A stretch of DNA of 64,000 nucleotides from Azolla caroliniana (lineage: Eukaryota; Plantae; Polypodiophyta): assembly GCA_043228905.1 (NCBI GenBank), contig JBHGNT010000020.1, positions 9,238,001-9,302,000 of the forward strand, in the 5' to 3' direction. Positions 49,101-61,900 of this stretch are shown piece after piece; position 1 is the stretch's first letter, and every line of letters starts with the position of its first letter. The notes beneath the pieces are model-generated. The model ran no database searches, was not told the DNA's origin, and saw nothing but the letters and a program-made list of their open reading frames with translations. A program made the position numbers and the translations under genes.

Positions 49101-51697
49101 CTTCAAATACCTCAGGAAATATGGACCGACAGTAAGCTGAATTATTACAAGCTGAGGATCTTCGGTTGCGAGGCATATGCCCTCATACCGAAAGACGATC
49201 GCCGGAAACTCGAACCAAGATCAAGGAAATGTGTTTTCCTTGGGTATGGACCCAACGGCGAGATCGGATACCGACTCTGGGACCCTGAGCACAAACAAAT
49301 CGTCCGAAGTTCGGACGTCATGTTCAATGAGTCGGTTATGCATGAAACGGCCGAAATGCCTATTGAAGTCCGAAGGGTAATATTTTCCGAAGTGCCAACC
49401 CTTCATGACAGCCCAACCCACAACACGAGATTGGTTTCACAGGTAACCGACAACTCTCGCACCAACTCCACCGATTCGGCACAACCGAATGTCTTGGCTC
49501 CCGACCATCCGACATCGACACCTGGTGTGACTAGTCCAGTCATACCTTGCAAATCCGAGAGACTGTCGCAACCTCCAAAGAGATATTCTCTTAGATTTTT
49601 TTTTACCGATGCCAGCGAATCGATGTCTTACGAAGAAGCATCGGCATCTGCCGATTTAGCCACATGGCATCTAGGGATGGAGTCGGAAATGCACTCCATT
49701 CGGGCAAACAAGACTTGGGACCTGGTTGAATTACCGGAGAATCGACGTGCTCTTCCATGTAAGTGGGTCTATCGACTAAAAGAGACGTCTGACTCGACCA
49801 ACCCAAAGTATAAGGCTAGATTAGTTGCGAAGGGCTTTACACAAGAATATGGCATCGACTTCGACGAAATCTTTTCACCAGTGGTGAAAATGACGACCCT
49901 TTGTTTCATGCTCGGCGTCGTGGCCGCCGACAACTTGGAGCTAATTCAGCTAGATGTAAAAACGACATTCCTCCATGGTTACCTACAGGAGGAAATCTAT
50001 ATGGAGCAGCCAAAAGGCTTTGTGGCATCTGGCTAGGAACATCTAGTCTGCCAACTCAGGAAGAGTCTCTACGGTATGAAATAGGCACCCCGACAATGGT
50101 ACAAGAAGTTCGACGACTTCATCCAATTGGTTGGCATCTCAAAGAGCGATGAGGACCACTGTCTCTTCACCAAAACAGCTCAAGACAGGTCTCCTGTCTT
50201 CCTCATCATCTACGTGGACGACATGCTACTCTCCGGTCGGCATGTCGGAGAGCTCACCGAACTCATTCGGACACTGCGGTTGAAGTTTGCCATGAAGGAC
50301 CTCGGTCCGGCAAGACACATACTTGGTATGAAGATTAGTCGGCATCGCGATAAACGACAACTTTTCTTTTCTCAAACCGACTACATGGGACGTGTCTTGG
50401 AACGCTTCAACATGCACTCGGCCAAGTCTGCTTCAACCCCACTCCCCATTAACCTTCGACTGTCTTAGAGAGATTGCCCGACATCCGGTTCGGAGGGAGA
50501 AGATATGAAGTCGGTACCGTATGCACCGACAGTCGGCTCCCTTATGTACGCGATGGTTGCGACACAACCTGATATTTCTCACGTTGTAGGAATCGTTAGC
50601 AGATTCATGCACAACCCCGATCGATCGCATTGGAACGCAGTCAAGCATGTGTTCAGATATCTCGTTGGCACAAAAGACCATGACATTCTTTTTGACCCGA
50701 ACTCAACCTCAGGTGTAGTCGGTTACACCGACTCGGACTTCGCCGGCTGTGTGGACAGTCGGAAATCAACAACCGGATACTGTTTCAAATTTGGCAATGG
50801 CGCAATCTTGTGGAAGTCGAAACTTCAAGAGTGCACAACCACCTCAACGACCGAAGCAGAATATGTAGTTGCGTCCGACGCGGCAAAAGAAGCTTTATGG
50901 CTCGGTCGGCTGGCGCACACGTTTTGACAGGCCGACTCCGACTTGGCCCCAGTTGTCTATAGCGACAGTCAAGGTGCTGTTGCTTTGTCAAAAAATCCGG
51001 TTCACCACAACGCCTCCAAGCATATCGACGTTCGATATCACTTCATTCGGGACTGCGTCATTTCAGGGAAAATCAGTCTAGAGAAGATATCCACAACCGA
51101 TAATGTCGCAGATGGAATGACCAAGTGTCTTTCGGCGGATCGTTTCTGGTCTCTTCGGCACCAAATGGGCGTAACAAAAAATCGGTCCGGTTAAAGTCGG
51201 ACACACAACATAGGATGGTTTCGGACCACCAACATCGGTTCTTTGAGGATCGGCTTCAGCTCTTCCGACTTGACCGGTTCGGTCTTTTGTCTTCGGATCT
51301 TGCCGACTCTAACAAAACCGATCTGTCCGATAAACCTTGTATATATCTGTAATTTTTTAGATAACCCATGTATACGCCCATTATGGGGGAGTGTCAAATA
51401 CGAGTGTATAATGGTTGTATTCACACTGTCCCTTTGGACAACCCAAGTTTGGGCTATTTCTGTAAATAGCATAAAGGGCAGTTGCCCTAGGATAGTCACT
51501 ATATAAAGTGACTTTGTAACCTTTAGAAAAGGCTGGTTGTCATTCTTTGTAAACTGTTGCTATTGGAATATAACGTTTTTCTTTGTGCCTCTCTCTCTCT
51601 CTCTCTCTATGTGTCTATCTTGCATATGCGCATACACAAGTTCTTCTTCATCACGAATGTTGCTTGCACTTCCGCATTGACGACCTTGTCCCCAACA
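46192..51697 (+). mobile_element. Full-length decayed Copia of the same family as element A
   Basis: LTRs 46192-46495 and 51392-51697, TSD TAGAT (46187-46191 / 51698-51702), PBS TGGTATCAGAGC 46498-46509, PPT ATGGGGGAG. gag-pol from ~47180 to 51194 has many premature stops; about a dozen LTR mismatches by eye. Confidence 0.95.
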
Positions 51698-51700
51698 TAG

Positions 51701-52075
51701 ATCACCTCCCAGAATTTGGTTGTAGTTTGCAAACCCAACCAAGTCACGAACCACGATTTTGATCCATTTGTTAGAGGTCGAGAGAAAACTCGAGAAGAGC
51801 TTATGAGATGAATGGCATTCTTACGTTCGGTTGGACTGGACCAGATGATTGATTAGATCATGGACTTGGGTGATCGTCTGTGTGACATCTCATGGACTGT
51901 GAGAAAACTCGACGAAATCACCTCCTGAAGTTTGGTTGTAGTATGCAAACCCAACCAAAGTCACGAGTTGTGATTTGATCTGTTTGTTAAGAGGCTGAAG
52001 GAAAACTCATAAAGAGCTTATGAGATGAATGGCATTGACTAGAGGACTAACTAGATCATGGACTTGGGAGATCAC
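51701..52075. repeat. Imperfect ~215-bp tandem duplication
   Basis: ATCACCTCC..TTTGGTTGTAGT..GCAAACCCAACCAA..GAGCTTATGAGATGAATGGCATT occurs at ~51701 and ~51917. Confidence 0.75.
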
Positions 52076-52752
52076 TGATGTTCTATTCTTGTAGGTGGCG
52101 TGCCATGGGACAAAACTAAGCAAACAATCTTTTAATGAAAGAGAGCAAGTTGAGTGTCATTGAACGCATGGATAGCGTGATATGAAAACATCGGGTGTTA
52201 GATACCTAACACTTAGGCTCGTTCTAAGGTCACCGATCATTGAACCCCGACGACCTTGTATTCATCGCCTAACCACTTGCCAACAAGATAAGCCCACATT
52301 TTAGCTGATGCAAACCAAATATACGATAAAGAACAAGGGGAAGAAACAGAGACTACTTTTTCTGGTGGTCGTCTCATGAACCGTGAGAAAAGGGGTACAT
52401 ATAAGCCATATGGTAAACTTTCCGAAATATTCCCTCGCTTCAGATTGGCTTCATGGAGCGATTGTTGTTAGACTACATACCATACCATCTCTCTATTACT
52501 TATTCCATACATATTCTTTTCATTTACGAGATGCCAATTTGGAATGTAGGGGTTTGAAAACATTACTTTCTGATCTTCATGGAAGAACCTTACCAACTGA
52601 GCTACATCCATCTCGCAAAACAAAATTTTTAAATATGTCTATGTTAGGTTGAGTAGCATGGGGGGGCTAAATTCAGGAATTTCATGAAAACAGAGCGCTA
52701 TTTTCTTCAATTTCACTCAAGCGTTAGAGAAGTAATAAAAGAAAGCCCTATT

Positions 52753-52795
52753 CCTAACCCTAACCCTAACCCTAACCCTGACCCTGACCCTGACC
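52753..52795. repeat. (CCCTAA)4(CCCTGA)3 telomere-like hexamer run
   Basis: Direct inspection. Confidence 0.85.
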
Positions 52796-53807
52796 ATAAT
52801 CAAATGTTCCTGTGAGAATCTGTGCTTTGTTCCTTTCCTGAAATGGGAGGTTCAATATGGTGGTGCATGATAGCAGGAAATGGATGGATCTGCTTTGGAA
52901 GGATTTCTTCAATGATCCTTCTCTATGGTTCTTCAACCTTAGCTCCAAGGTAGGTGATTATTCCTGTATGTACACAGAGAGAGATTAGACGTTTCAGTGA
53001 TTAGTAATGTTGCATAAATCAAACGGTTTCCAGAGATGTAAACTGTAGGAAAACCTTGATAATCAAGGTAGGATCAAACACAGATTTAGAAGCAATCAAC
53101 TAAAAATTTAGTACACGAGATATTCCTAATATATCACAATTCAAACAGCTCAACTAAGCTTAAATCAAAATAATCACAGTAATGCAACCAATCTCAATCA
53201 CAGGTTTTGCAATAGACAAAAAAATTAATATCTCGGTGAGGTTTAAGACGCAAATAAAAAAGTGAGAACTCGCTTAGAGAATCCAGTTGATTCAAGTGTA
53301 ACCAAAAGAAATTATCACAGGGCACAAGTGAACTTGCCCTAGCCATCAAACTAATCTTAAAAAAAAGGAGCACCACCCCAAAGATCACCATAGACCTGAA
53401 AAGGTAGAGCTACAAAACAGGTCTTACATTTCTGATATTAGACAGTGCAGAAACTAAGGTGTGATTGTGTGCATGTAACTTGGCTGATTAATAGAAAACC
53501 ATTGGCTGTTAAGGTCCGAATGTGGTCTATTTTGAATTTTATGTTTGATAGAATTAGAATATCCAATATCTGATGAATGAAACAAGTTGTCATAATCCAA
53601 ACAAGGCTTTGTTTAGTATTGGTCCTAGTCTCAATTGTAAATCATTGCAATTTCTAATTGAACAGTTAACCCAAGCCATATCAAACCATTTTCCAAATGA
53701 TCATCCTTGTAAACTTTATTGGCTTTTTTTCCATGCACACACAGTGATTACATCTTAAAATGTTCTCATCTTTGAGGGCAAGCCAGAATTTAAATATAAC
53801 TAAAAAT

Positions 53808-54375
53808 ATGGTACTACAAGAATATAGTTACCTAAGCACTTAAGATTCTAAACCTAGATTATAGTGAAACTTCTGCTGTTGAAAGATCTTCAACATGAAC
53901 TGCTTCATGGATCTAAACAATCTAGCTATCTAAGAACTTAAGATTCTAAACTTAGATACAGTGAAACTTCTGCTGTTGAAAGATCTCCAACATGAACCAC
54001 TCCATGGTACTAAAGAATCTAGTTATCTAAACACTTAATATTCTAAACTTAGATACAGTGAAATTCATCGAAAGATCTCCAACATGAACCACTCCATGGT
54101 ACTAATGAATCTAGTTATCTAAACACTTAATATTCTAAACTTAGATATAGTGAAATTTCACCATCGAAAGATCTCCAACATGAACCACCCCATGGTACTA
54201 AAGAATCTAGTTATCTAGACACTTAATATTCTAAACTTAGATATAGTGAAATTTCACCATCGAAAGATCTCCAACATGAACCACCCCATGGTACTAAAGA
54301 ATCTAGTTATCTAGACACTTAATATTCTAAACTTAGATATAGTGAAATTTCACCATCGAAATATCTCTAACATAA
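53808..54375. repeat. ~79-bp tandem satellite, about seven copies
   Basis: Unit ATGGTACTAAAGAATCTAGTTATCTAAACACTTAATATTCTAAACTTAGATATAGTGAAA...AAAGATCTCCAACATGAACCAC. Confidence 0.9.
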
Positions 54376-54889
54376 ACCCTAAATCCAAAGCAAGGGAGGC
54401 ACTTTCTGTACCGTTTCATAATGGCTTTTATCTTTCAGTGATGGAGCCAGGGTTCAGATGATCGTGGCCTCCCTACTATTACCTGATCTATTGTAATCCC
54501 TTTTGAGTGTTCTTGTTGAGACCCCTACTTGTGAAGCACTTAATTGACTCGTGGTAGGAGGAGTGATGGAGTTATGGTTCTATGTTGAACATCTCTTGTG
54601 GTTGTATTGTTATCCATCAATAACTTTTCTCTTTTCTCTTTATCTCTCAAGCTCTAGCGAGAATTGTCCTTAGCGCCATTGCATATTCCATTACCTTGGG
54701 TTGTGGGCCAAAACCTTATTGAAGAGGCGGTGGTCTCTCTTATTTCATAAAAAATGACATAGTAGTTAACATGTTTTTCTAATTCTACCCTCAAATGGCA
54801 CAACTTGGTAGGGAACCAATGGTTTCCTCATTAGAGAGGGAAGGAGGGAAAGTGGGAGAGAGGAACTGAGAGATTTCTGTGTATTTTAG

Positions 54890-57220
54890 TTGCAGTATAA
54901 TTCTGTATCTCCAGATTTTAGGCACAAAACCAAAAACCAGTGCCTACGGATAGATGATAGATGCCATAATCCTTCTTGGATCCATGAAAAACGAGCATTT
55001 CTGCTATCATTACAAGAAGAAAATCAGGTTAGAAACAAGAATCGTAAAACAGAATTTGATTTTGTGGCTTTACTCAAGGACTGTACGAAGAAGAAAGATC
55101 TATACAGAGGTATTAAAATCTATACATATACTCACGAAATTGACTTACTTGGAAAAAGCCCTCACATTGCTAGTTGTTTGATTCATATGTTCACAAAATG
55201 TGGAGATTTTGTAATGGCAAAAGAAGTGCTTGCAAACTTTTCCTTTTCTAATGTAGTTCCTTGGAATACCCTGATTTCAGGATATGTTCACAATGGCCAA
55301 GCTCAAGAAGCATTAGAATGTTACGAAAGAATGCAAAGCAGGGGAATCTCTTCAAATGCAATCACTTTTACTTGCATTTTGAAAGCTTGTGGGGGAATAG
55401 GGGCTATAAACAAGGGAAAACAAATACACTATAGGGTTTTGTGTGAAAGATTATTGGAAAAAGATGTTGTGGTTGGAAGTGCATTGGTGGATATGTATGT
55501 AAAATGTGGTGTGCTTGCAAAAGCAGAAGAAGTACTTGAGGAGCTTCCCATTCGAAATGTCGTGTCTTGGTCTTCTCTAATAACAGGATATGTTCTAGAT
55601 GGGCAAGGTCAAGAAGCTCTCAACTGTTTAGAGAAATTGCGAAGTGAGGGTCTCTCGCCAGATGCAACTACTTTCACTTGTGTCTTACAGGTTTGTGGGA
55701 ACATGGGAAATACTCACAAGGGCAAACAAATTCATGAAGAAATCGTGAGTAGGCAGTTATTGGAGAAGGATATTATTCTAGGGAATGCTTTGGTGGATAT
55801 GTATGCTAAGTGTGGTATGCTCCCTGCTGCAGAAAATGTGCTTGAAGAGCTTATAGTTAGAAATGTAATAACTTGGAATGCATTAATTTCAGGTTACGTC
55901 CAACAAGGACAAGGTCATGAAGCACTGAATTGTTTTGAACGGATGCAAAGCGAAAATCTCTCTCCAAACACAGTAACCTTCATTTGCATCTTGAAGGCTT
56001 GTGGTATTGTATGTGCTGTAAAGAAAGGATTGTATATCCATGATTTAATTGTGGGTAGAGGTTTGTTGGATAATGATATCTTGCTTAATAATGCTTTGTT
56101 GGATATGTATACCAAGTGTGGGTTGCTCACAAAAGCGGAGCTAATGTTTGAAGAGCTCCCTATTCGAGACATAGTCTCTTGGAACGCATTAATTGCAGGG
56201 TATGTCCAACAAGGGTTTAGTAAAGAAGCATTAAGCCGGTTTGAGAGGTTGCAAAACGATGTCATGTCTCCGAATACAATCACCTTCATTTGCCTCTTGA
56301 ATGCCTGTGGCAACACAAGAAGTATAGAAAAGGGAAAGCAACTTCACAGCATGATTATGAATATGGATCTTCTGGACAAGGATATTGTGCTGGGGAATGC
56401 ATTGTTGGATATGTACTGCAAATGTGGGCTTCTTGAAAACGCACAAAAGGTGTTTCATGACCTTCCAAATCCAAATATAGTAACTTGGAATGCTCTAATC
56501 GCAGGATATGCTCGGATGGAGCAAGGCCGTGAAGGATTAAAGTGTTTTAAACAGATGCAAAGAGAGGGTCTCAATCCTAGTCTAGTCACCTTCATTTGTA
56601 TCTTGAAGTCTTGCATTAGTGTAGGAGCTATAGGCAAAGGGGAACAGATTCATGAGATGATCAAGAATTGGAGTTTACAAGAGAGAGATATCATACTCGG
56701 CAATGCATTAGTTAATATGTATGCCAAATGTGGCTTGCTTCCAAAAGCACAAGACGTGCTTGAAGAACTCAATATTCGAGATGTAGTCTCTTGGAATACA
56801 TTAATTGTTGGGTATGCACAACAAGGGCAGGGCCAAGAAGCATTGAACTGTTTTGGATTAATGCAACATGAGGGCATTTCTCCAAATAAAGTCACATTTA
56901 CATGTATTCTAAAATCCTGTGGTCATTCAGGGCTGTTGGAGGAGGCTCAAGTTCTTTTTGAGCATGTGAAAAGAGGAATTGGTGTTTCTTTAGACTTACA
57001 GCACTATACATGTATGGTGGTTGTTTATAGCTCTTTAGGGCACTTTGACAAGGCAATGTCGGTGATGAAAATGATTCCATCGTGTGATTATTCTGCTGTT
57101 TGGTTTGTACTCTTGGATTCTTGTAGAAAATGGGGAAATATGAAACTTGGGAGTTGGGCTTTTGAACAGGCATTACAAGTAAATATTGATTGTGTGCAAC
57201 CGTATGTGCTTACAACATGA
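54890..57220 (+). CDS. PLS-class pentatricopeptide repeat protein with partial E domain, no DYW (organellar RNA-editing-factor type); true start probably in an upstream exon
   Basis: Repeated P-L-S triplets (VVSWNALIxGY / TFICILKACG / LGNALVDMYAKCG), then SCGHSGL, QHYTCMV and E-domain WFVLLDSCRKWGNMKLG. The ORF-track start codon is TTG inside an acceptor-like context. Confidence 0.9.
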   Translation: MQYNSVSPDFRHKTKNQCLRIDDRCHNPSWIHEKRAFLLSLQEENQVRNKNRKTEFDFVALLKDCTKKKDLYRGIKIYTYTHEIDLLGKSPHIASCLIHMFTKCGDFVMAKEVLANFSFSNVVPWNTLISGYVHNGQAQEALECYERMQSRGISSNAITFTCILKACGGIGAINKGKQIHYRVLCERLLEKDVVVGSALVDMYVKCGVLAKAEEVLEELPIRNVVSWSSLITGYVLDGQGQEALNCLEKLRSEGLSPDATTFTCVLQVCGNMGNTHKGKQIHEEIVSRQLLEKDIILGNALVDMYAKCGMLPAAENVLEELIVRNVITWNALISGYVQQGQGHEALNCFERMQSENLSPNTVTFICILKACGIVCAVKKGLYIHDLIVGRGLLDNDILLNNALLDMYTKCGLLTKAELMFEELPIRDIVSWNALIAGYVQQGFSKEALSRFERLQNDVMSPNTITFICLLNACGNTRSIEKGKQLHSMIMNMDLLDKDIVLGNALLDMYCKCGLLENAQKVFHDLPNPNIVTWNALIAGYARMEQGREGLKCFKQMQREGLNPSLVTFICILKSCISVGAIGKGEQIHEMIKNWSLQERDIILGNALVNMYAKCGLLPKAQDVLEELNIRDVVSWNTLIVGYAQQGQGQEALNCFGLMQHEGISPNKVTFTCILKSCGHSGLLEEAQVLFEHVKRGIGVSLDLQHYTCMVVVYSSLGHFDKAMSVMKMIPSCDYSAVWFVLLDSCRKWGNMKLGSWAFEQALQVNIDCVQPYVLTT

Positions 57221-58181
57221 TCCATGGAACTCACTCCCATGTAGGTGGGGGATTCTAAAGTGGTAGAACAAAAATCAATGCAAAAGTTGAAATGAAAACT
57301 AAGCTAGTTTCCAAATTCCAACATTTTGACCTTCCATGAGATTGATACTGTGATCAAGCAAGCAAACACCTAGCGTCTTTGATGATGGTTAATGTTACTA
57401 TAATATTTTTCTCAAACTTGATAGATGCTAGTTTGTTGCCAGTTTGTGTGAGGGTTTCCAATGTGCCTTTGTAGAACATCAATTTGTGTTCCCCTTCCCC
57501 TTTCTTTTTTTTCTAAACACACATTTAAATATTCTTCGATGTGCCATCTTGCAAGCAATTTCTCGAAGTCTTGGGCATAAATGGGTGGGAGAATTTTTGT
57601 AATGCGTCTATATTTTGTTGTAAGCATTCAAATTCCCATGTGGTGTTCAGCAAGTGATTTTAAGACATTGTCCTTATTTCCAAATTATAACTTTTGTAAA
57701 CTATTGAAGGGCATAAAACAATGTTGGCCTTCTTTTCATATGCCAACTCAATCCTCATGAAACCTAGTTGTGACTGTAATCTCTAAATGGCAGCGTATAA
57801 ATTTATTTTGTATTTCTCAATTACATCCCATGAGCTTGTTGAAATATTGCGATCTCAATCCTCATGACACTAGGTTGACAATGACATAGTAAAGTTGTGT
57901 AATAGTGTGTATGGACTAGTAAAAACATGGGTTACTACTATGGTACAACCTAGAGATTGAGTAAGTGCAACAAACATTGGTGGTCAAACTATGGATTGAG
58001 TACCATTATGTCTTCTGTTTGTCGTAACATTAAGTACTCAACAATATGGCACCAAATATTGATATTTGTAACACTGGAACTTAAGTGTATTCTACAATTG
58101 TATTGGCAATTGAGAGAGTAACCTCATGCAGAAACCAATGGTCTGGGAGCCTAAAAATGCGTTTGAGTTGTACATCATTAC

Positions 58182-58220
58182 ATAAGAATATAAGAATATA
58201 AGAATATAAGAATATAAGAA
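58182..58220. repeat. (ATAAGA)n microsatellite
   Basis: Direct inspection. Confidence 0.85.
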
Positions 58221-58979
58221 ACACTATCATTTGTACAAATATTTGTAAGTCATTCATTGTCTCACTACTTTAGGGCATTCATCTTAGAAGTTAATTTGTT
58301 TTATGCATATCTAAAATGTGAACCTAACAAAGATACTCGTTTAGAGGACAACTACCCTAGTTGTTAGCCCAAGTTGTTATACATTCTAAACTTGGGTTCA
58401 AGTCCTATAATTCATTTGATGACTTACAAAGCTCTTCTCTGCTTTCTCTCACTTGAAGGGTGGGGTCATGCAAGGTGATGCTACAAGATTGTGAGGGCTA
58501 CAATGAGGTAAGATTGGAAAGTAAGGAAGAGGCCCATAAAGAGGAGAGACGACATGATCATCGTGATTGTGGTTCCCAATGAGATGTTGATAATTTCTCA
58601 ATGTCAACATTAAAATAAATCATCATGGTGTTACACTTGCATGTCTCAAAATTTCACTTTCAATCACATTATTCATCTTTAGGGCATAAAGTTGGTCTTA
58701 GGAGTTGAAGGTGTCAAGGTTCGCCATAACTATTGGATTAATAAAATTTGAATGTGAGAATGATGTGTTAATGCAAAATTGAAGCTTTGCAAGTTCAATG
58801 AAAGTTGTGAGAATCTCTCACAAGTAAAGGTTCCATTTTGTCAAATCTCGTTAGTAGGGATTTTGCGATACAAGTTGAAATTAGTACTTCTAGATGTCAT
58901 GGAGTCCTTGCCTCTAGATTTAGGCTCGCCAACTCTTGCTTCATGGAATGAAAATCTGCCTTGATATAGAAAACCCTCT

Positions 58980-61900
58980 AATCTCACCTCTTTTGGGGGG
59001 GTTTGAATGGAGCCAAATACTTCACAAACCTCAATCTTTGCGGAGCTTATAATTTGGTTTGGATTTGTTAGGGTGATGATTGGAAGACTGTTTCAACATA
59101 TGGACGACAATATTTTTCAAGACTTCTTGGACATATTAACCATCATTTATTTGGATGACATATTGATCTTTTTTGGGACTCGAGAGGAACACGATTTGGG
59201 TGTTCACTTCTACAAGAATTATGAGAATAAGGTCCACCAAGCTCAATAAGTGTAGTTTTGATTGCAATAAAGTGGAGTTTCTAGGAGACATAGAAAGTAT
59301 CTCTATTGATTGAAAATAAAAATAAAAATAATTCTAGATTGGCAACACCACGATTCATTTATGATGTCCAATGTTTCTTAGGGTCTACAAATTTTCACCA
59401 TAAATTCACTACGAATTACTAGAACGTTTTGCTTGTTTATGTAGAAGAACCAACCATTTGCATAGACTTCATGTTTGCTTGCATTTACATTTGCACCTAT
59501 TTTGATTCACACAAACAAGTCAAGCCCTTTATCCTAGAAGCTAATGGGATGGATTTTGCAATAGGAAATGTCTTGTCACAAACAAAGACAAAGGGCAATT
59601 GTATCCTATCGCTTTCAATTCATAGGAATTTAAAGTTGTGAAAATGAATTACAAGATTCACGATAAGGAGTTCTTGGCCATCGTGGATATTATAGATCTA
59701 AGTACTAAAGTAAGCTTAAGATAAGGATAAAGTAATGATAGATAGAAAGGAGAAAGAGAAAGAAGGGTGCCGATCCACCCAACCACCCCCGAGCGAAGGG
59801 ATCGAGACGGACTCGAGCCTTGATCGGCGTCCCATACCACCGCCGTGGCGTCGAGTCGTACCTGGTGCTGGCGCGCTCGCTACAAGAGTTGACCCACCAC
59901 AAGAGTAGAGTCTCGATGTAGTCAAAAGATGATCAAATGAGGGTAGCTAGGCCTCTTATTTATAGCGATACCCAAGGCCCCCAGGCAAGTTCACACTTGA
60001 CCTAATGGGTTGTCTCAATCCCGAGGATTAAAAGTAATCCTCCCCTTCTTTACACTCTCGTTTAACCCTCACACTTATCCACGTGTATAGAATACTACGG
60101 TAAATTCTCACCACGGGATATTATATGGTCATGCCCGTAACATACTCCCCCTCTTGAAAACATTGCACTCTTGCAATGGAAAGTTAGGGAAGTTAGTTCT
60201 AAGAGTATTTTCGCGTTCCCATGTGGCATCTTTTATTGATTTATCCATCCATTTTATTTTAAATTCTCGGATTTCTTTAGTACGTAATTTTTTTGTTTTA
60301 ACATCGAGAATTCTTTCTGGTACATGTGGTTTAGAAGATAATTCTTTAGAAGTAACCAGAGTTTCAGTCGTAACTGTATTGTCGCCAGAACCTAGAAGTT
60401 CTTTTAGACGACTCACATGAAAGACTGGATGAATTCCGACACCATCGGGAAGAGCGAGACGATAGGCTGATGACCCAATGCGTTTGAGGACTATAAAAGG
60501 TCCACAAAACCGTGGGGCTAACTTAGCGCACTTACCTGTAGACAATGTCTTATGGCTCAAAATGAGACTCCCATCGTCCCAGCCATGTGCAGATTGCTTC
60601 TTCGGTTCTTTCCTTTTTGTCTCCCGTAAATGGCTTAACGACAAATGATGGTTCACCTTGTCGCTCATCAGGTCTATTAGTCTCACGTTGTAGACTAATG
60701 ACACGTGCCTCGAGAACACTTTGAGATTGCCGAAGTTCGGTCATCTGTTGAGCGGTGAAACTAAGGTATTGGGTTATTTGTGCCAAATACATCTCAGTGG
60801 ACATTTGTCCAGGAGGATTCCCTTGAGTTCCTTCCGCTTGAGCGGATGACATCGGGTCGTTAATTTGAGCCATTAAAGATTATTTCTGGAAAAGAAATAG
60901 GATAAGGTCAGAGAGATAGTCATAACATCATGTCGTGATGTAAACATATCATGGGCGAGCATTAATCGATATCATTATCTCACGTCAATACCCCTCTAGA
61001 CGTATGAGATGAGGTTCAAGATCAGGTTACTATGGTAACACAAAGGTGTTTTAAAAACCATGGGGGTGACAAATAAATGTCTTTCCCTGATCTCTATATC
61101 GATTTTTTTCATGGTGGCTCCCCGAGGCTCAACCATGTATGTTCGCGTCATGAATAGTTTATACATGAAAAAAATGTTAACAATAAACTATGTTTCGGTG
61201 CCCACATATGTGGTTTCGGCTCTTTAAGTCCTATTACGAGGACCCCAAGGTGCACTTAGACCTTAAGTCTAAACATGTGTTATAGTCATATGTATCAAGG
61301 ATGTTGTATGGTCTTGGTCATATTTGAACTCGAGACCTCGAGAACAAATACATTAAACACTTAAGCCAACCAAGTAAGTTGCTCTTCTTGAATGCTTAAT
61401 GTTTGATGCATATAAGAGATATGCGAGATCATATATGTTTTTTCTAAAAGAACATATATGTCAAGGGTCCTTATTTCGCCCTCATTTACCAAAACTATGT
61501 TGGTACGTTACCTAACCTCAAGTCTCGTAATTACGATGGCATACGCCAAAGTGCAACCTAATGGTCAAGCCAAATGAGCCCTTGTTTTGTAGTAGGCTCA
61601 CGTGGGCCATCACATGGTCACGTCATTACGAATGCCTCTCGTAAGAACGAGCTCATGGTGGCATCATATCCATGTAACGAGGGAGGGATGTTGGATACGT
61701 GCGTCATTGGAGCGACCTCACTTGAAGTGGGTCAAGCCCTACGTACTCAACATCATTATGGCTATTGGCGTTTCTTTACGTAATGAAATTGAGGTCATCA
61801 ACGGGGTTGTCAACAATAAAAAATTGTTGAAAAAGGGATGGTGACAACGCCATTCTCACAAAAATGTGAGGACGGTCACCAACATCCTTTTCCCGACAAG

